Under the pieces are notes generated by a model, which saw only the letters and a list, made by a program, of their open reading frames with translations, had not been told where the DNA came from and searched no databases. A stretch of DNA of 56,387 bases, filler included, from Catajapyx aquilonaris (taxonomy: Eukaryota): assembly GCA_000934665.2 (NCBI GenBank). It is 4 parts of 4 records of this genome, joined end to end, with 100 filler letters (N's around TTAATTAATTAA, not from the genome) between each part and the next. Parts side by side here need not be neighbours in the genome. Positions count along the whole stretch, not along the records: positions 14,132 to 28,183 come from KZ539748.1; positions 28,284 to 42,308 come from JYFJ02007908.1; 2 more parts are not named here. One strand, 5' to 3'. How positions within the stretch are numbered: the stretch's first letter is position 1; each line of letters starts with the position of its first letter. Of the stretch, positions 25,774 through 38,179 are shown one piece after another. Both the position numbers and the translations under genes were made by a program.

Positions 25774-26858
25774 TTAAATCCTTGAGTTTGATGTTGCAAG
25801 TATCCAGTAGATTTAATTGTATGTGGAAACTGGAGAACACTGAGAACCCAGTGTACTATATCGCTCAAAATCGTCTCTTATGTTTTTGAGTGATATAGTA
25901 CCTACACATGGGAATTCTGAACCATAGACCTGTAGTCATGTTTCCACTTGTGTAATTTTTGGCGCAAAAGTAAAAGCCATTCTAACTGGCTTTGACCACT
26001 ATGTTGCACATTGCAAACCAAAAAAAAAAAAAAATGCAATACTGGTATTTTAAGCTTTAGGGGTTGTAGGAAAGTGACATACACTTGTTCAATGCATTTA
26101 TAAAATGAAGGTGTCAAATGCGGTCCTAGCCTACATTTTGCAAACCAATGTAAAAAATCGTCCTTATTTTAAAATGAATTTTGGTGTTTTTTTGTTTGAA
26201 GAAATAAATATTAGTTTTCGAGCCATGATCGATCTAAGATCATAATAATAATTATACGGTATCGTATTGCCCTCTGACGTCACTGTTGTCCCCCACNNNN
26301 NNNNNNNNAAAAAAAACAAAAAACAAAAAAAACAACTGGTTGCTTTGTTGCCTAACAACAGAATCGAACGACCTGCTGACATCACTGTTGTCCGAGGCCA
26401 CGTCTCCGTTTTTCCCGCCAATTTTCGAGTGACTTTTAAACGCCCGATAATTTATTGAGGAATGAAATTTTGGTGCCGAGAAGTTGTGGAATGTAGGTTT
26501 ATATGATTGTATGGTTGAGCTGTTCGTGTACAAATTACCCAAATCCCAGGCCAAGGTTAGGCTCCCATTATTCCTGTCAGCTCATTTCGATTATGTATTG
26601 TATAGTTGTCTATGTACAGAATATCTTTGTTCCGACCTTGCATACATGAGAATCGTTATCAGCTGTTGAGTACACTGCAGCCAGGGAAGATGTGAGGCTA
26701 TGTTGAAGCTATGATCTGGTAAGGGCAGTTTTTTGCTAATTTTGATAAGTTATATCAAGAGCTCGTGGTTATAACGTCTCTTTAAATGCTGGTTTTATGC
26801 TGTTTATAATGTTAATAAAAAAGTTACAGACCAAGATAACCACAATAACTGTCTAAGG

Positions 26859-27217
26859 CAGGGGTGGGCAAACATTTTTCTCTGTGGGCCGCATAGAGAT
26901 TTTTAAAAAATTGACGGGCCGCATCTAGCAAAGGAAATTTCAACTTATAAAAAAGTTTAGTATATCCATCATTTTAAATGAACTTCCATTAATTGCATAA
27001 ATTATCATTGAATTATCTGAAAATCGGTAAAATTAGCTAAATATATCAATGAAAATGACCGGTATAAATAAAAAACTATTTTTGTGAAATAAAAGCATTA
27101 AAAAGAAAGGCATGGGCATAAGTTTTGCAATTTTCATTTTTCAACATTTTCAGGAATACTGGAATTTTGTGCGGGGCGCACAAATTGTCTTCGTGGGCCG
27201 AAGTTTTCCCACCCCTG
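26859..27217. mobile_element. hAT Buster/Charlie-type MITE
   Basis: TIRs CAGGGGTGGGCAAAC / GTTTTCCCACCCCTG. Perfect 8-bp TSD GTCTAAGG (26851-26858, 27218-27225) with central TA. Subterminal GGGCCG motifs. Confidence 0.93.
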
Positions 27218-27610
27218 GTCTAAGGGGCATGTAAATATTCATTGTGATATACATCATAATCTGTTCATGCCTGGACATTTCCCGCCTCCTAGACTAGTTT
27301 TGGTCCAATATAGCCACTGGCAACTGGGTGACCTTGCAGTTCTGATTCATCCTGTGCTGCATAAGAAGTCTTCATTTGCAGAACGACTGGTGTCACATTT
27401 GGGTTGCACTTGAGTTAGGCATGGAGTAATACACAATACTCGATGATTAGGTCTACTTTCTGATGGCCAAGAGTAATTTCTCTTCTAGAGCAGTTACCAC
27501 AAGGAAAAGTGTTTGAATAAACCTGTTACGAAAGTTCAAACTTTCAAACCCGACATGAGTCCATTATGACACTGATCTTCTGTATATCGGGGCTTACTAT
27601 ACTCTACAGA

Positions 27611-27805
27611 AGTGCTCCCGAAACTGATACTTGGGGTTGCGAGGGAGGGTAGCAAATGATTTTATTAATATCTTGAAAATTATGCCCATATGGGGTAAGT
27701 TACAGAACAATTCAGATACTCATCGACAATAGCTATCTATGATTTCATTTCACTGTTTACCTGTCTTCTCATGTTAGGGAATCAAAATGTGCACATCTTG
27801 GGGGT
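27611..27805 (+). mobile_element. Truncated second copy of the hAT MITE at 22601
   Basis: Shared blocks TCTTGAAAA.TATG.CCATATGG..TAAGTTACAGAA.CAATTCAGA.ACTCA and CACTGTTTACCTG...ATCAAA.TGTGCACAT. Confidence 0.65.
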
Positions 27806-28183
27806 AGAGAATTTTACGAGACGATTTTTCTATTCTTCCTCCCTGTCGGTTGCCCCGCGAAGCGGGGCCCGCGTGAAACGAATAGTATGGAATCGCTACG
27901 CTCCCAATGTTAATTTCCCGACTTCATAACTCGCGATCGGGTTAATCGATTTCAAGTCGGAAACAAGATTTACACTCCGCTCACTCCAGTTTCAAACTTT
28001 AGATAGATAAACAACAACTAGGGCTATTACCGGGGTCACTATCCGGGGTCAAAGTTCAAAAATGTGTCGTTACTTCGACAAGGGTACAGCCTAAACGTCG
28101 TCGTCGTCGTCGTCGTAGAGGGTCATACAATGTGTCATTAGAACCGCAATGTTCCCAGGCAGCGCCCTCCTGCCTACCCCCCC

Positions 28184-28283
28184 NNNNNNNNNNNNNNNNN
28201 NNNNNNNNNNNNNNNNNNNNNNNNNNNTTAATTAATTAANNNNNNNNNNNNNNNNNNNNNNNNNNNNNNNNNNNNNNNNNNNN
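28184..28283. other. Artificial contig spacer (44 N + TTAATTAATTAA + 44 N)
   Basis: Linker at 28228-28239. Confidence 0.97.
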
Positions 28284-28654
28284 TTTTTGAAAGACGTAAT
28301 TAAAGCGATTCGCCGATTTTCGTCAAAATCTGACAACCCAAGGGTCAGGGGGCTCGGTGAATTGACATGGAATGACCCCAATAGGATTTTTCAGTCATAT
28401 TTTGTCCAGCAAATTCTTGAAGAACCTGCACATAAAGAACAATATTCACCTCATATACTTACATATGCAGTGAACTTTTGCAAAAATTAATAAGACTGGA
28501 AGCCCTGCAGTTAAGAGTAGTAGTCTGACTTTATGATTAAAACAATGACTCATAAGACGTGTAAAAGGTGCATAATAATAATAACCACATAATTTAGGAC
28601 CTAACAATTTGCAAAGCACAATTGGATACCTCCAGAAATTTTATCTCTGTGATA

Positions 28655-29700
28655 GCATATGGAGATGCCATGGAAGTTCTTGAGGAACTCCTTAGAATCT
28701 GCAATCGTTGGGGGCCAGCATGCCACACCACTTAATACTGAAGCCACTGCATATGTTGCAGAACGAATCAGTGCAGGTATGTATTTTCACCTAACGCATA
28801 TTCACACCATACACACAGTTCTTTTAACAGCATGATAAAATCTTCAAAGCACGTGTCTTGTTTCTTGTTGCATGCAATACAGCTGACCAAAAATTGACAA
28901 ATTTGGTTTCATTACTGCCTGGCCCACCTTTTGACCAGCGGAAGGAACTAGAATTTCTGAACTATTGTCTTTCATAAATCAGGTCACTCTAGTCCAAAGG
29001 TCATGACCTACATCTTGATAAGCTCCCCAGCGACATCCATTTCTCCCTTCTGATGGTAGGCCTATAATGAATGCCAATTTCAGGTCGTGGAATAGGCCGC
29101 GAGTGCAAGTAGACGAGGACCAGCTCATAATGCTGAGAGGTCGGAATTTTACTTGCAAAAATATGGCCAAGATGCTGGGAACTTCAGCATCATACATTAA
29201 GAAAAGGTTGCAACGAAGTGGGCTTCAAATCAGGAAGAAGTATGCCAACATCAATGACGAAGAACTAGAACTGGAAGTTTCAAATTTGGTCAAGGAGTTT
29301 CCCAATACTGGATGTATAGTAAGTGAACAGTTGTGACATTAACTGTCCTGGTGTGCTGCACATATTTCTAGTAATACAGGCGAAGAGTACATGCATGAAT
29401 GAGTGATTGAATAACTTAATAATTCTAAACCTTCTTTTTACACATACTTAATGCACTCATGGTTTTCTATGAAAAATACAATAGCTAGCTAATTTCCTTC
29501 CTTCAACACCATTTTCTCTGTTGATATGTGTCTATGAATCTTATAAGGTATGCCAAAACCCATTTAAAGTAATGTAACTGTTTGTATTTCTAGGTCATGG
29601 AGGGAATTTGAAGATCCAGAGGGATCATTATCCACTACGCCTCAGGAATGTCATGAGTAAAATTGCCCCCATGGCTACTGCATCCAGATATGCAGGATGC
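28655..29700 (+). pseudogene. Degenerate intron-containing IS3EU-like (eukaryotic IS3/integrase-core type) transposase, N-terminal HTH part
   Basis: RPRVQVDEDQLIMLRGRNFTCKNMAKMLGTSASYIKKRLQRSGL..KYANINDEELELEVSNLVKEFPNTGCI is followed by an intron (gtaagt 29319 to tttctag 29593). It continues VMEGI*RSRGIIIH, then after a frameshift RLRNVMSKIAP. A second candidate intron lies at 28777-28882. No DDE core seen. Confidence 0.65.
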
Positions 29701-29785
29701 TCCGAGCACCCAAGAATTTGAACATTTGAACCCAACAACTACATCGCATCGTAGACTAGTAGAACACGAAACAACATGCGATCAG

Positions 29786-29883
29786 ATTAAGATTATGATG
29801 ATGATTTTGTACTTGGTCGGCAAAGTGGCCGTTGCTGCAGGCCGACCTACTTAAGATAAATAAAGCCATTGATTGATTGATTG
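29786..29883 (+). mobile_element. 5'-truncated non-LTR retroposon 3' end
   Basis: 12-bp TSD ACATGCGATCAG (29774-29785, 29884-29895), stem-loop GGTCGGC...GCCGACC, AATAAA and an (ATTG)n tail. Confidence 0.8.
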
Positions 29884-31911
29884 ACATGCGATCAGTCATT
29901 TACATAAATTATTTCATTGCCTAAGGACTCCGCACGATTTCCATAGAAATAGATGTAGATCACACCTGGCACCTTTCAGGTATTCCTAATAAAATGGTGC
30001 CAATTTCATGAAGAAGCCATTCACTGGAGGAGGCTGATGTCATGGCATGTTACCAGATGTGAAAAATCAACTGCAAGACATTATATATTATCGCACTAAA
30101 ATGCAAAATGACTACCATTCTCAAACTGCATGGTAGGATCAGCCCCTACCCCCACACAAAACCTCTGCAAGTTGAAGCTCATGGAGCGCAACCCTGACCA
30201 GGAAAAGCGTGAGAGGCCCTTTCGCCTCGCATAACCGTCTCTCGAACGGGGAGGACATATGGCTTGAGCTTACAATCGAGCTTAATGCTTTAGACTCACA
30301 TCAAACAACTGTTAAGCAGTGAGGAAGGGTGACAAAATTTTGCAATAATTCCTTATTGATTTATTTACTGACAATAACACAGTAATAGCGCACATGCAAT
30401 ATGTACAGGTCCATGCTTCATCTTGCCTTGACAAATACCAACACAAAATTGTAAGTACTTTTTACAGGATGTACAGTAGGGAGGCGGTTGTGAGCTAGCT
30501 TATGACGGACAAGAAAGAAATCAGACCTCACCCCTCATAACGCCGACAAATGTTAAATAACTTAAATTAAATTCTCGGGTGAAAGTGTGGGGAGGATTAC
30601 TTAAAAAATTACATCGCCGCGAAGCATTCCAACACGAAATGTGATCGTGTACCTGAGACAGGTCATTGCTAGTGACATTCAGTATAAGAATAAAGAGGAA
30701 AGAAATCCAGTTAATATTTGTCGAGATTGTGGTGACACAGATGTTAGCGTGATAAATCCTGCCATAGCATCATTTCCCAGCAAGAGTAAGTCACTGTGCA
30801 CAAAGTAACAATAAAGTGTTTCTCCGTTTTGTTATAATTATTGCTCACTTTCTGCAATTAGGTAGCACGTAGCAGCACATATAATAATCGATGCTGGTAG
30901 GGTGCCAAAGGAAGGCTACACTGAGAAGCACAGATGAAATGTGACGACAAACATTCCCAACTATGCAACAACTTGATTTTTGAAGATCAGTAACTGACGT
31001 ATAGTGTTAGGGTTGGCTCTCAATATATGCTGAAAGTATTAAAAACATTACGGGATTAGAAACGGGGCTAAAACCCCACTGTTGCTGAATCGTCCAAAGA
31101 TGTAAAATAATGACGACCATGGAAAACATCCCGCGACCCTCGACGCCCTCTAATACCAAAGGTAAATTTTAATTAGAAAGCAAAAGTCCGTTAATTATTG
31201 TTGAGGCGGGTTACCTAGGCTGAATGGTTTATCCCTTTTGTAGAAACAAAAAAAAAAGTTCAGACGTTCAGTAAGTTATTGCCGTATTATCTGCGCGCGA
31301 GGCGTAGTGTGCATGAACACCAGGGAATGGGTAATGACAGTCTCAAATATTATTCTGATGACTGCATACTGGTCATACTTAATGAATAATGACACATACA
31401 AAATATCCGTGTTTAATTAATATAAAGATGTAATTGAAATAAAACTTGATAAGATTTTTTTTTAAACAACTGCATATATTTGTTTTGTTGGTTTGTATTG
31501 GTCGAGTCAAGTAAAATGGCCTCTAAATGACAGCTGACTGTCAATGACGACTGTTGTCGTAAGATCACAGTCAGTATAGGACTCACCCACTGACAAGTTG
31601 TGAGTTCCGGTCGATCTTAACACATGTAGTTTGGCTTCAAATCACTGTCCGCTACGATCGGGTCAAAACGTTTGCAACAAAGGCGGTAAGAGACATGTTG
31701 CCAAAAATTCTACTGAATGGTGAACAGGACATAGGGGGCGTACACCTAGCAAAATACATACTGGACACGTAAAGGCAAAACTACAAACATTTACCTGGGT
31801 AAACCACCCCGTGAATCATCATCCACAACATATACAGCCTACCAGAAATGAAACACCGGAATCTTCCCAAAGCGTTCATAAAAATCGTACCACTCTGTAG
31901 GCAATTACAGA

Positions 31912-32516
31912 ATGTCGGAGAGAAAGAATTTAAACATAAAAAATGACAAAAGAAACAAACCAGGTCACCATTGCACGATATCCAATCCTGCTAACTCGAT
32001 TATTGGTTGACAAGAATGGAACTGATGAAGACATGTTTGTGAACGAGCCGAGTGTTGAGATAATATTACCAGTTAGACCAGACGCAGAACAGCGGATAAT
32101 AACGCATACACGAAATAGGAAGTACACCTTGACTCAGGCTACGCAGATGGCCGCAAACTGATTCGCATTTGGATTGGATATTTCCCCTGAAGTGTCGAGG
32201 ACCACCTCATGCTGACTGGAGACAATAGGCCTACCATAGACAAGCGGACTTAATGTGAGATCACAGTCAGCCAACATTTTTAGAGTGTAAGGAATGTGAT
32301 ACGGACCGAAGGGAAAGTATTTGCAACATCTGCTAATTTGTGGCGCTCACACAATAAAAAATGGCTCGATCACACATTGCCCCACGAACGACCTGGCCGT
32401 ATCAGCAACGCTTTCCGGGGATGGATAAGAGGAGCTGGAGTTGGAGAGTTGGCTGAGATTTCACCGAGGATGAATTCCAAAGAATATAGGGAAGTACTGG
32501 AGGATTGTGTCCTTCC
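31912..32516 (+). pseudogene. Tc1-like transposase remnant
   Basis: ERPGRISNAFRGWIRGAGVGELAEISPRMNSKEYREVLEDCVLP matches the Tc1 DDE segment (V.WG.I...G.G.L..I.G.MN...Y..IL....LP). The upstream part is broken by stops and frameshifts. Confidence 0.7.
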
Positions 32517-35500
32517 AATAGGATTTTTCAGTCATATTTTGTCCAGCAAGTTCTTGAAGAACCTCCACATAAAGAACAATTCAAGAGGCGTTTCCCAAAA
32601 CCCACTCAGTCAGCTTAACCAGTGAACCTGTAGCTCCATTGTAATAAGTGTTGTATCAGCATTTCTGCAAAACAGTCAGGTGTTCGTTAAAGTCGTCTAT
32701 ACTATTTTCCAATCAGGGGCACAGCTACATGTGTTTGGACGTACAATCATAATGAAAAGGAAAATACTCTTACATCAACAATAACAGATTCTAACAACAC
32801 AATGTAACGTATTAGTCAAAAGTACCACACAAAAAAAAATCCTGCCGACCTTCACATCATGTAGAACATGCAGGCATTAGGAATGCCAAGAATCTAATCG
32901 CAGATCATGCACCAAGGAAAGATTCAGGTGCGACTAGTGATCCGGAAACAACCACTAAGAAACATCAACTGCATTACATTCTTGGAAATGCATAATTTTA
33001 TTGGAGGATAATCATAATGTGATGCAGATAACAGCTATCAGCTATTCTCCACAGATCGAACAGTGATTTCATCCACAATCGTCAAGGTTCATCCCATACT
33101 TTTTTCAGTATCATGATGAATTGCATTTCTATCCAGGTCCTGCTCTATGCAACATTTACAATAGACCCGAAACAAATAATAAATATTGCATTAAAATCTT
33201 CAGGTTGCTCAAGGCGACATATAATTATATAAGATTCTCTAATGAGCTTCAAAAGAATAAAATAATATAGAGCAGGATCACTGCACTACCGATCATTTAA
33301 TGTAGTACAGACTATAGTCATGTAATCGTCGCGCACAGAGACAACTCTATACTCATCAGAATTAACATCTTAACATAATTGCATGCATAATATCATAGGA
33401 TATTGCCATACAGGCATAATATTATGCAAGCTAATAATGCGACAAAAATTATAGTATCCATTGAATTGTATGCCTCAAAAACCATATAAATACTACGTAA
33501 ATGTGAATATTATACATTCGTAAAATACTTTGCTCAAAGTGATCACTAAGATTCACCTATCTGAACACTGATCTATGTGCTGTCTCTCTAACCCAGCATT
33601 GTATATAAACTTACAGTAAGGAACAAGAAGTGAGAAGTGGATCATTATTGTTCTTAACAAACAGCCTCCGAAATAATTGGACACTAGGTAAGGGGAATAT
33701 CGTTACTGCAGAGTGTAATTACTGTGCATGGGTCAATCAGTTATGTGGTTCATTTTGTGCCAAATGTGAGCAAGAATTAACACGTGAGGGAAAAAATACT
33801 CATCTCGACACAGGCACACATCTTCTATAATGCCACCATGGGATCAAATCATGCACCGAGTACAGGGGAGACAAGTGATCCCCATAAAGACCACAGTGTA
33901 ACGTGACAATTCTCCTGGTAACAGAGGTAAATATTGACAACCGAAATATGAGACATGACGGGCTAGTGCTGATAACAAGACAGCTATCACCATATCAATG
34001 ATGTCCATTTGAAAGCATGGCTTCGACGCTCAAAATTGTACAAATATTACCAAGCAAAAATTTCTTGAGGGAAAAAAAATCACGGTGTAGAAATCTTATG
34101 TCCACCAGTTGCGTTGATGGTAAGAACACAACCAACTTTCAACTGGTATATCCGAGTATATCGGCGTAATGATAAGACGCCATGCACTTCACACCTGCCC
34201 TGGAGGTGGATTTATCAAAAATGTCGTACGTCAAATCATAATGAAGTGGCTACACACTACCCAAAAAATTAATGTCATAATGAGCCCCAACATAACTCTT
34301 ATGCAGACCCTTATTTACCACTAATATTAGCCAGAGACTTTGAATGTCCCTAAGAAAAATTCAAATAACTGAACAGGGAGGAGGACATCTTCCTCTGAAT
34401 CAAGGGATTAGATTATTATTAGAATGTGAAATAACTTTCGTAGGAACCATAATATCTCAGCTGTAATTTACTTCATCTTACAATGACAAGCTCCATATGA
34501 CAAAACTTCTCACAGTAATTATTATTAGTAATACTGTATTAAATTATGATTCAAGATAATTCTACATACACAAATATCAGTTAACTATGACCACGACGAG
34601 TGTCGGCCATTAATCGGCAGGGTAGTATACTCTCTCGAATAGGACGGTGGTCGTCCCAAGGCCCCAAAATAAAGTAAAGTTGAGACGAGAAGTTTAAAAT
34701 AAGCTCGATAAAAAAAAGCGGTACAAGTTCGCCACAACCCTTTTGCAACACAGCCAGTGAAACCTCCTAAGAAAAGAACAACGCCACTGGGCTTAATAAT
34801 TTCCTAGGGATCCTATAGGGATCTGCAAAAATTCATGTGCATTGTTTCCAAGGTATAACTTACCACATGTATTTCGAGGAGTTGGCTGCAACTTTTTTAA
34901 CACCATCATTGGGCAAGACATGTGACAGGAGTTAGCTGAGAATTGATACAGTGGAGTGGATTACCACATCAAGACCATAGTGATGCTGTGCATGTTTCGA
35001 AGGTGTACGAAATGCATTTCGAATAAGTAACTGTCACTCGTCACTTCTGACCAATTTCATACCCATTTTATTCCTTACCCAATAATATATTGATGGCAGT
35101 GTAAAATGTAAATAATAATAATAGTCTAGATAGATATACAGTAGATAGAGATCTTGCATACAGGAAAAGTTTGTTCGTTTGTCAATCAGTGCCAACGGGC
35201 ATCCATGCCAACTGTGGCATTCAACACTCTGCCAAAGGGGGCCATGATGCCAACAATGATTTTGTTTGTTGTTGTTTACTATGGATACAGGCCGTGCGAA
35301 GAATGGGCTCCGCTTAAATGATAAAACATGTTAAGACACTGATGATCCACAATCATTCTGAGGCCCACACCTTTGATAATGTCCAAGAGATGAAATGCTA
35401 GCTACACCTGTATGACACACAGCTTTCTACACCAGCTCAGCTTTCAGTTCCATGGTGTACCATTATTATGGGCACCAAACCAACAATGTATTATTACATT

Positions 35501-36479
35501 ATCATTCGAGATTTGAATATTTTCCTGCTGCAAAGGCTTTGACAGGTGACTTAACCTCCGGTAAATCGGGTGCGCAGATTTCATATTATATGGTTTCTAT
35601 TTCTGAGCATCACGTAATGCTTTCTTGCAACTGCAAAATGAATATAATTATGATATGCAAAGATGGCATGGTATAGTGTTAAAGCTGCATCATTTAGCCT
35701 GGCTGGGAAACAAATACGTGTACCCTTCAGGAAGATTTTCTCGAAAGCAACCTTCTGTACCATTATCCATTGCAAGGCGAGGGTGAAGGCGGGGACAGTC
35801 GCTGCACGCAGCTACATACAGCACATCAGGTTGACATCAGGGATACTCTCCCAGTGTTGCCAGACCCGACGTGTGAATCCCCCTACAATATAGTATGTGG
35901 CGAAATTTCTCAGATGGCAAAATTGAGTGTTTTCGCCCAGTTTTAATGTCCACTCCCTGAAAGTTTGCGAACTCATTTCAAAAATCACAATGAATCGTAC
36001 GATCTTGATATGCCGATATATCAGCCAAAAATATGGATAAAATCGATACAGCAGGTGAAAATAAGCCAACCAGCCAATAGGAGGCTGGCCGTCTGCATCT
36101 ACGGGTATGGTTAGGAAACTTTCCCGCTGCTCGATGTCCAGGCAGAAAGACGCCGAGAGAGAGGCGACCGACGTTGACGACAGCGTCTGAAGAGAGAGCG
36201 CGACGTCCACTCGTCCGACCCCCTCCAAACTACCAACAATCGAGGAGAAAATCAGATGAAGCCTCCTTGACCTCCTTGTGAATGGGAGCAGCGACGCGAC
36301 GCCCCTCTCTGCGAGGAGAATGACAAAACCATGAAATCCCTGAACATTAATGATTCCTGAAACAATTCGATTTGAAATATTTGACACAAGCATGTTAATG
36401 CCCATATGGTGCATAAACATGGCTTGTGGTGGGTGCACCTTAGGTGCACTCGGTAAGGGTACCCGTAGCGAGCAGTAAC

Positions 36480-36880
36480 TGCACATGAAAAATGCTGTGC
36501 GAGCATTTGCCCTGGAAACCATGCGTAGGATTTTGAAGGATCGGCTGTTTGATCATTGCGCCAACTACACAGATGACCTGGTGATATACACCCTGACTTC
36601 GAAACGCACCTGAGGCACATAGGCGAGGTGATGTCCACTTTAGAGAAGGCTGGAAGGCATCTGTGAGAAGTTGTAGCTTAACACTGCGACGATCAAACTC
36701 ATCGGATTTGTCTTGGATACCTTGAGTTTTGATAAGTCCTACCCAGCCGAGACTGAACCGTTGGTGAACTATAAAGTGCCCAAGGATCAGGCGTTTCCTG
36801 TGGGTTATGTCAACTACTTCCAAGACCACGTCGACCATTTGGTTGGTGGCGCTCGCAATTTATAAAAATTGCTACGAAAA
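36480..36880 (+). pseudogene. Degenerate Ty3/gypsy reverse transcriptase fragment
   Basis: MKNAVRAF..TMRRILKDRLFDHCANYTDDLVIY (YxDD at 36566-36577). After frameshifts: DFETHLRHIGEVMSTLEKAG, LIGFVL, YKVPKD, RRFL and GYVNYFQDHV, in the canonical RT palm/thumb order. Confidence 0.75.
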
Positions 36881-37954
36881 GATTGAACCATGCCCAGTTG
36901 ATTTAGTTCCTAACAGTCTGCAAGGGCGAATAATGCCATATACAGCAATTCGCAAAGGAAAAAGTTATGTTTTTTACACATTGGACAAAATAATACACTG
37001 TTAAGATGGCAGCACCACCCCGATAACGTGAACGTCCCACATGAAGAGGGACCAACCCAATTCCTGGCGCTAATCATAAAATTCATGGACGTTATAAGTT
37101 ATAAGAATAATGTGGAAATCCCAGACCAAGGCTAGGATCCCACTGAATGGGTCTGTTCGTGCGTACATACAGATTCTGGCTGGTGGCAGCAACTTGCCAA
37201 CTTGATTCGGTTTTTCATGGGGACCACCTTCTCACTCATTTTAATTACAGCTGGGCAACGTGGAAGAGGCCAATCGAATGACACATTCTTGTTACGTCTT
37301 TGTCAGTTATCGTTTCCTAGTTTAATTGCATAAGCTCGAAATAATGACTTGTACAATGTACGTAAGTGTTTATTTGGCCAATATGTATTTCGGTAGTATA
37401 CGGTATGTAGATTCGCCTCTGTTTAGACTTCGTTCAGAATTGTCTGTGGGGGTTCTCCGCTTTTACAATACTCGTTTCTTCACTGCCATTGGCTGGAAAA
37501 GAGACGGATGTGATGGTATATGTTACTCCTAGGCAAGGATGTCCCACCTCTACTTCAATAATTCTGCTTCAATTTGAAATTGGTAGGATTCGTTTGGCTG
37601 CTTCAGAGTTTGCATTTCTTATCAATCGTGTGTCATGTGCCAATTTCTTCGTCTTTACTCTTATGTCACATCGTAAGTGATCTCTTCCTGTGACCACACG
37701 TCCTCCTTTCTCCTCGGTGGTACAGTATAGTGGCGTGACAATAAGCGTAGTTTATAGAGGCCCGTAATCGAAGAAATTTGGTTTTATCTGCTTGAGAGTT
37801 GCAATAGGTGAGATAAGCCTCTCCTTTTGCTTCGCCTGGGTCGAGTTTATCCTTTCAGCATTTAACTGACGTCTGTATATATTATGTTGGGTCATTCTGC
37901 AACAATGCATATTGGAATGCTGGGTTGCTGGATTATACTTTCCTTTGGAGCAAG

Positions 37955-38179
37955 TCATGAGGCAGAGCGATGGTCGGGTGTCACTCCTCTCCGATCGCTT
38001 CGTCTGATCTCACTTGTGGCTATCATGTACGGTGTCACCGATATGTTAAGACTGACTCTTCGAGCCACTCCGTAGTAGATATGCGGGAATGATAACTCCT
38101 CAGCGTAAGCATCGTAAATCAAGTTCATGTCGGTCTGTCCCGGTGTTATATCTAACCACATATCTTCATTCCAAACCAA
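37955..38179 (-). pseudogene. Helitron/Helentron Rep-helicase fragment
   Basis: LDITPGQ..LIYDAYAEELSFPHIYYG..VTPYMIATSEIRRSDRRG matches the APG...D..AEELSFP.IY.G...SE.RR.DRR block upstream of the Helitron Rep domain. Confidence 0.8.

Noticed and set aside
35812..36522. 236-aa minus-strand ORF
   Set aside because: No recognisable domain. It is antisense to or adjacent to the decayed gypsy pol region.
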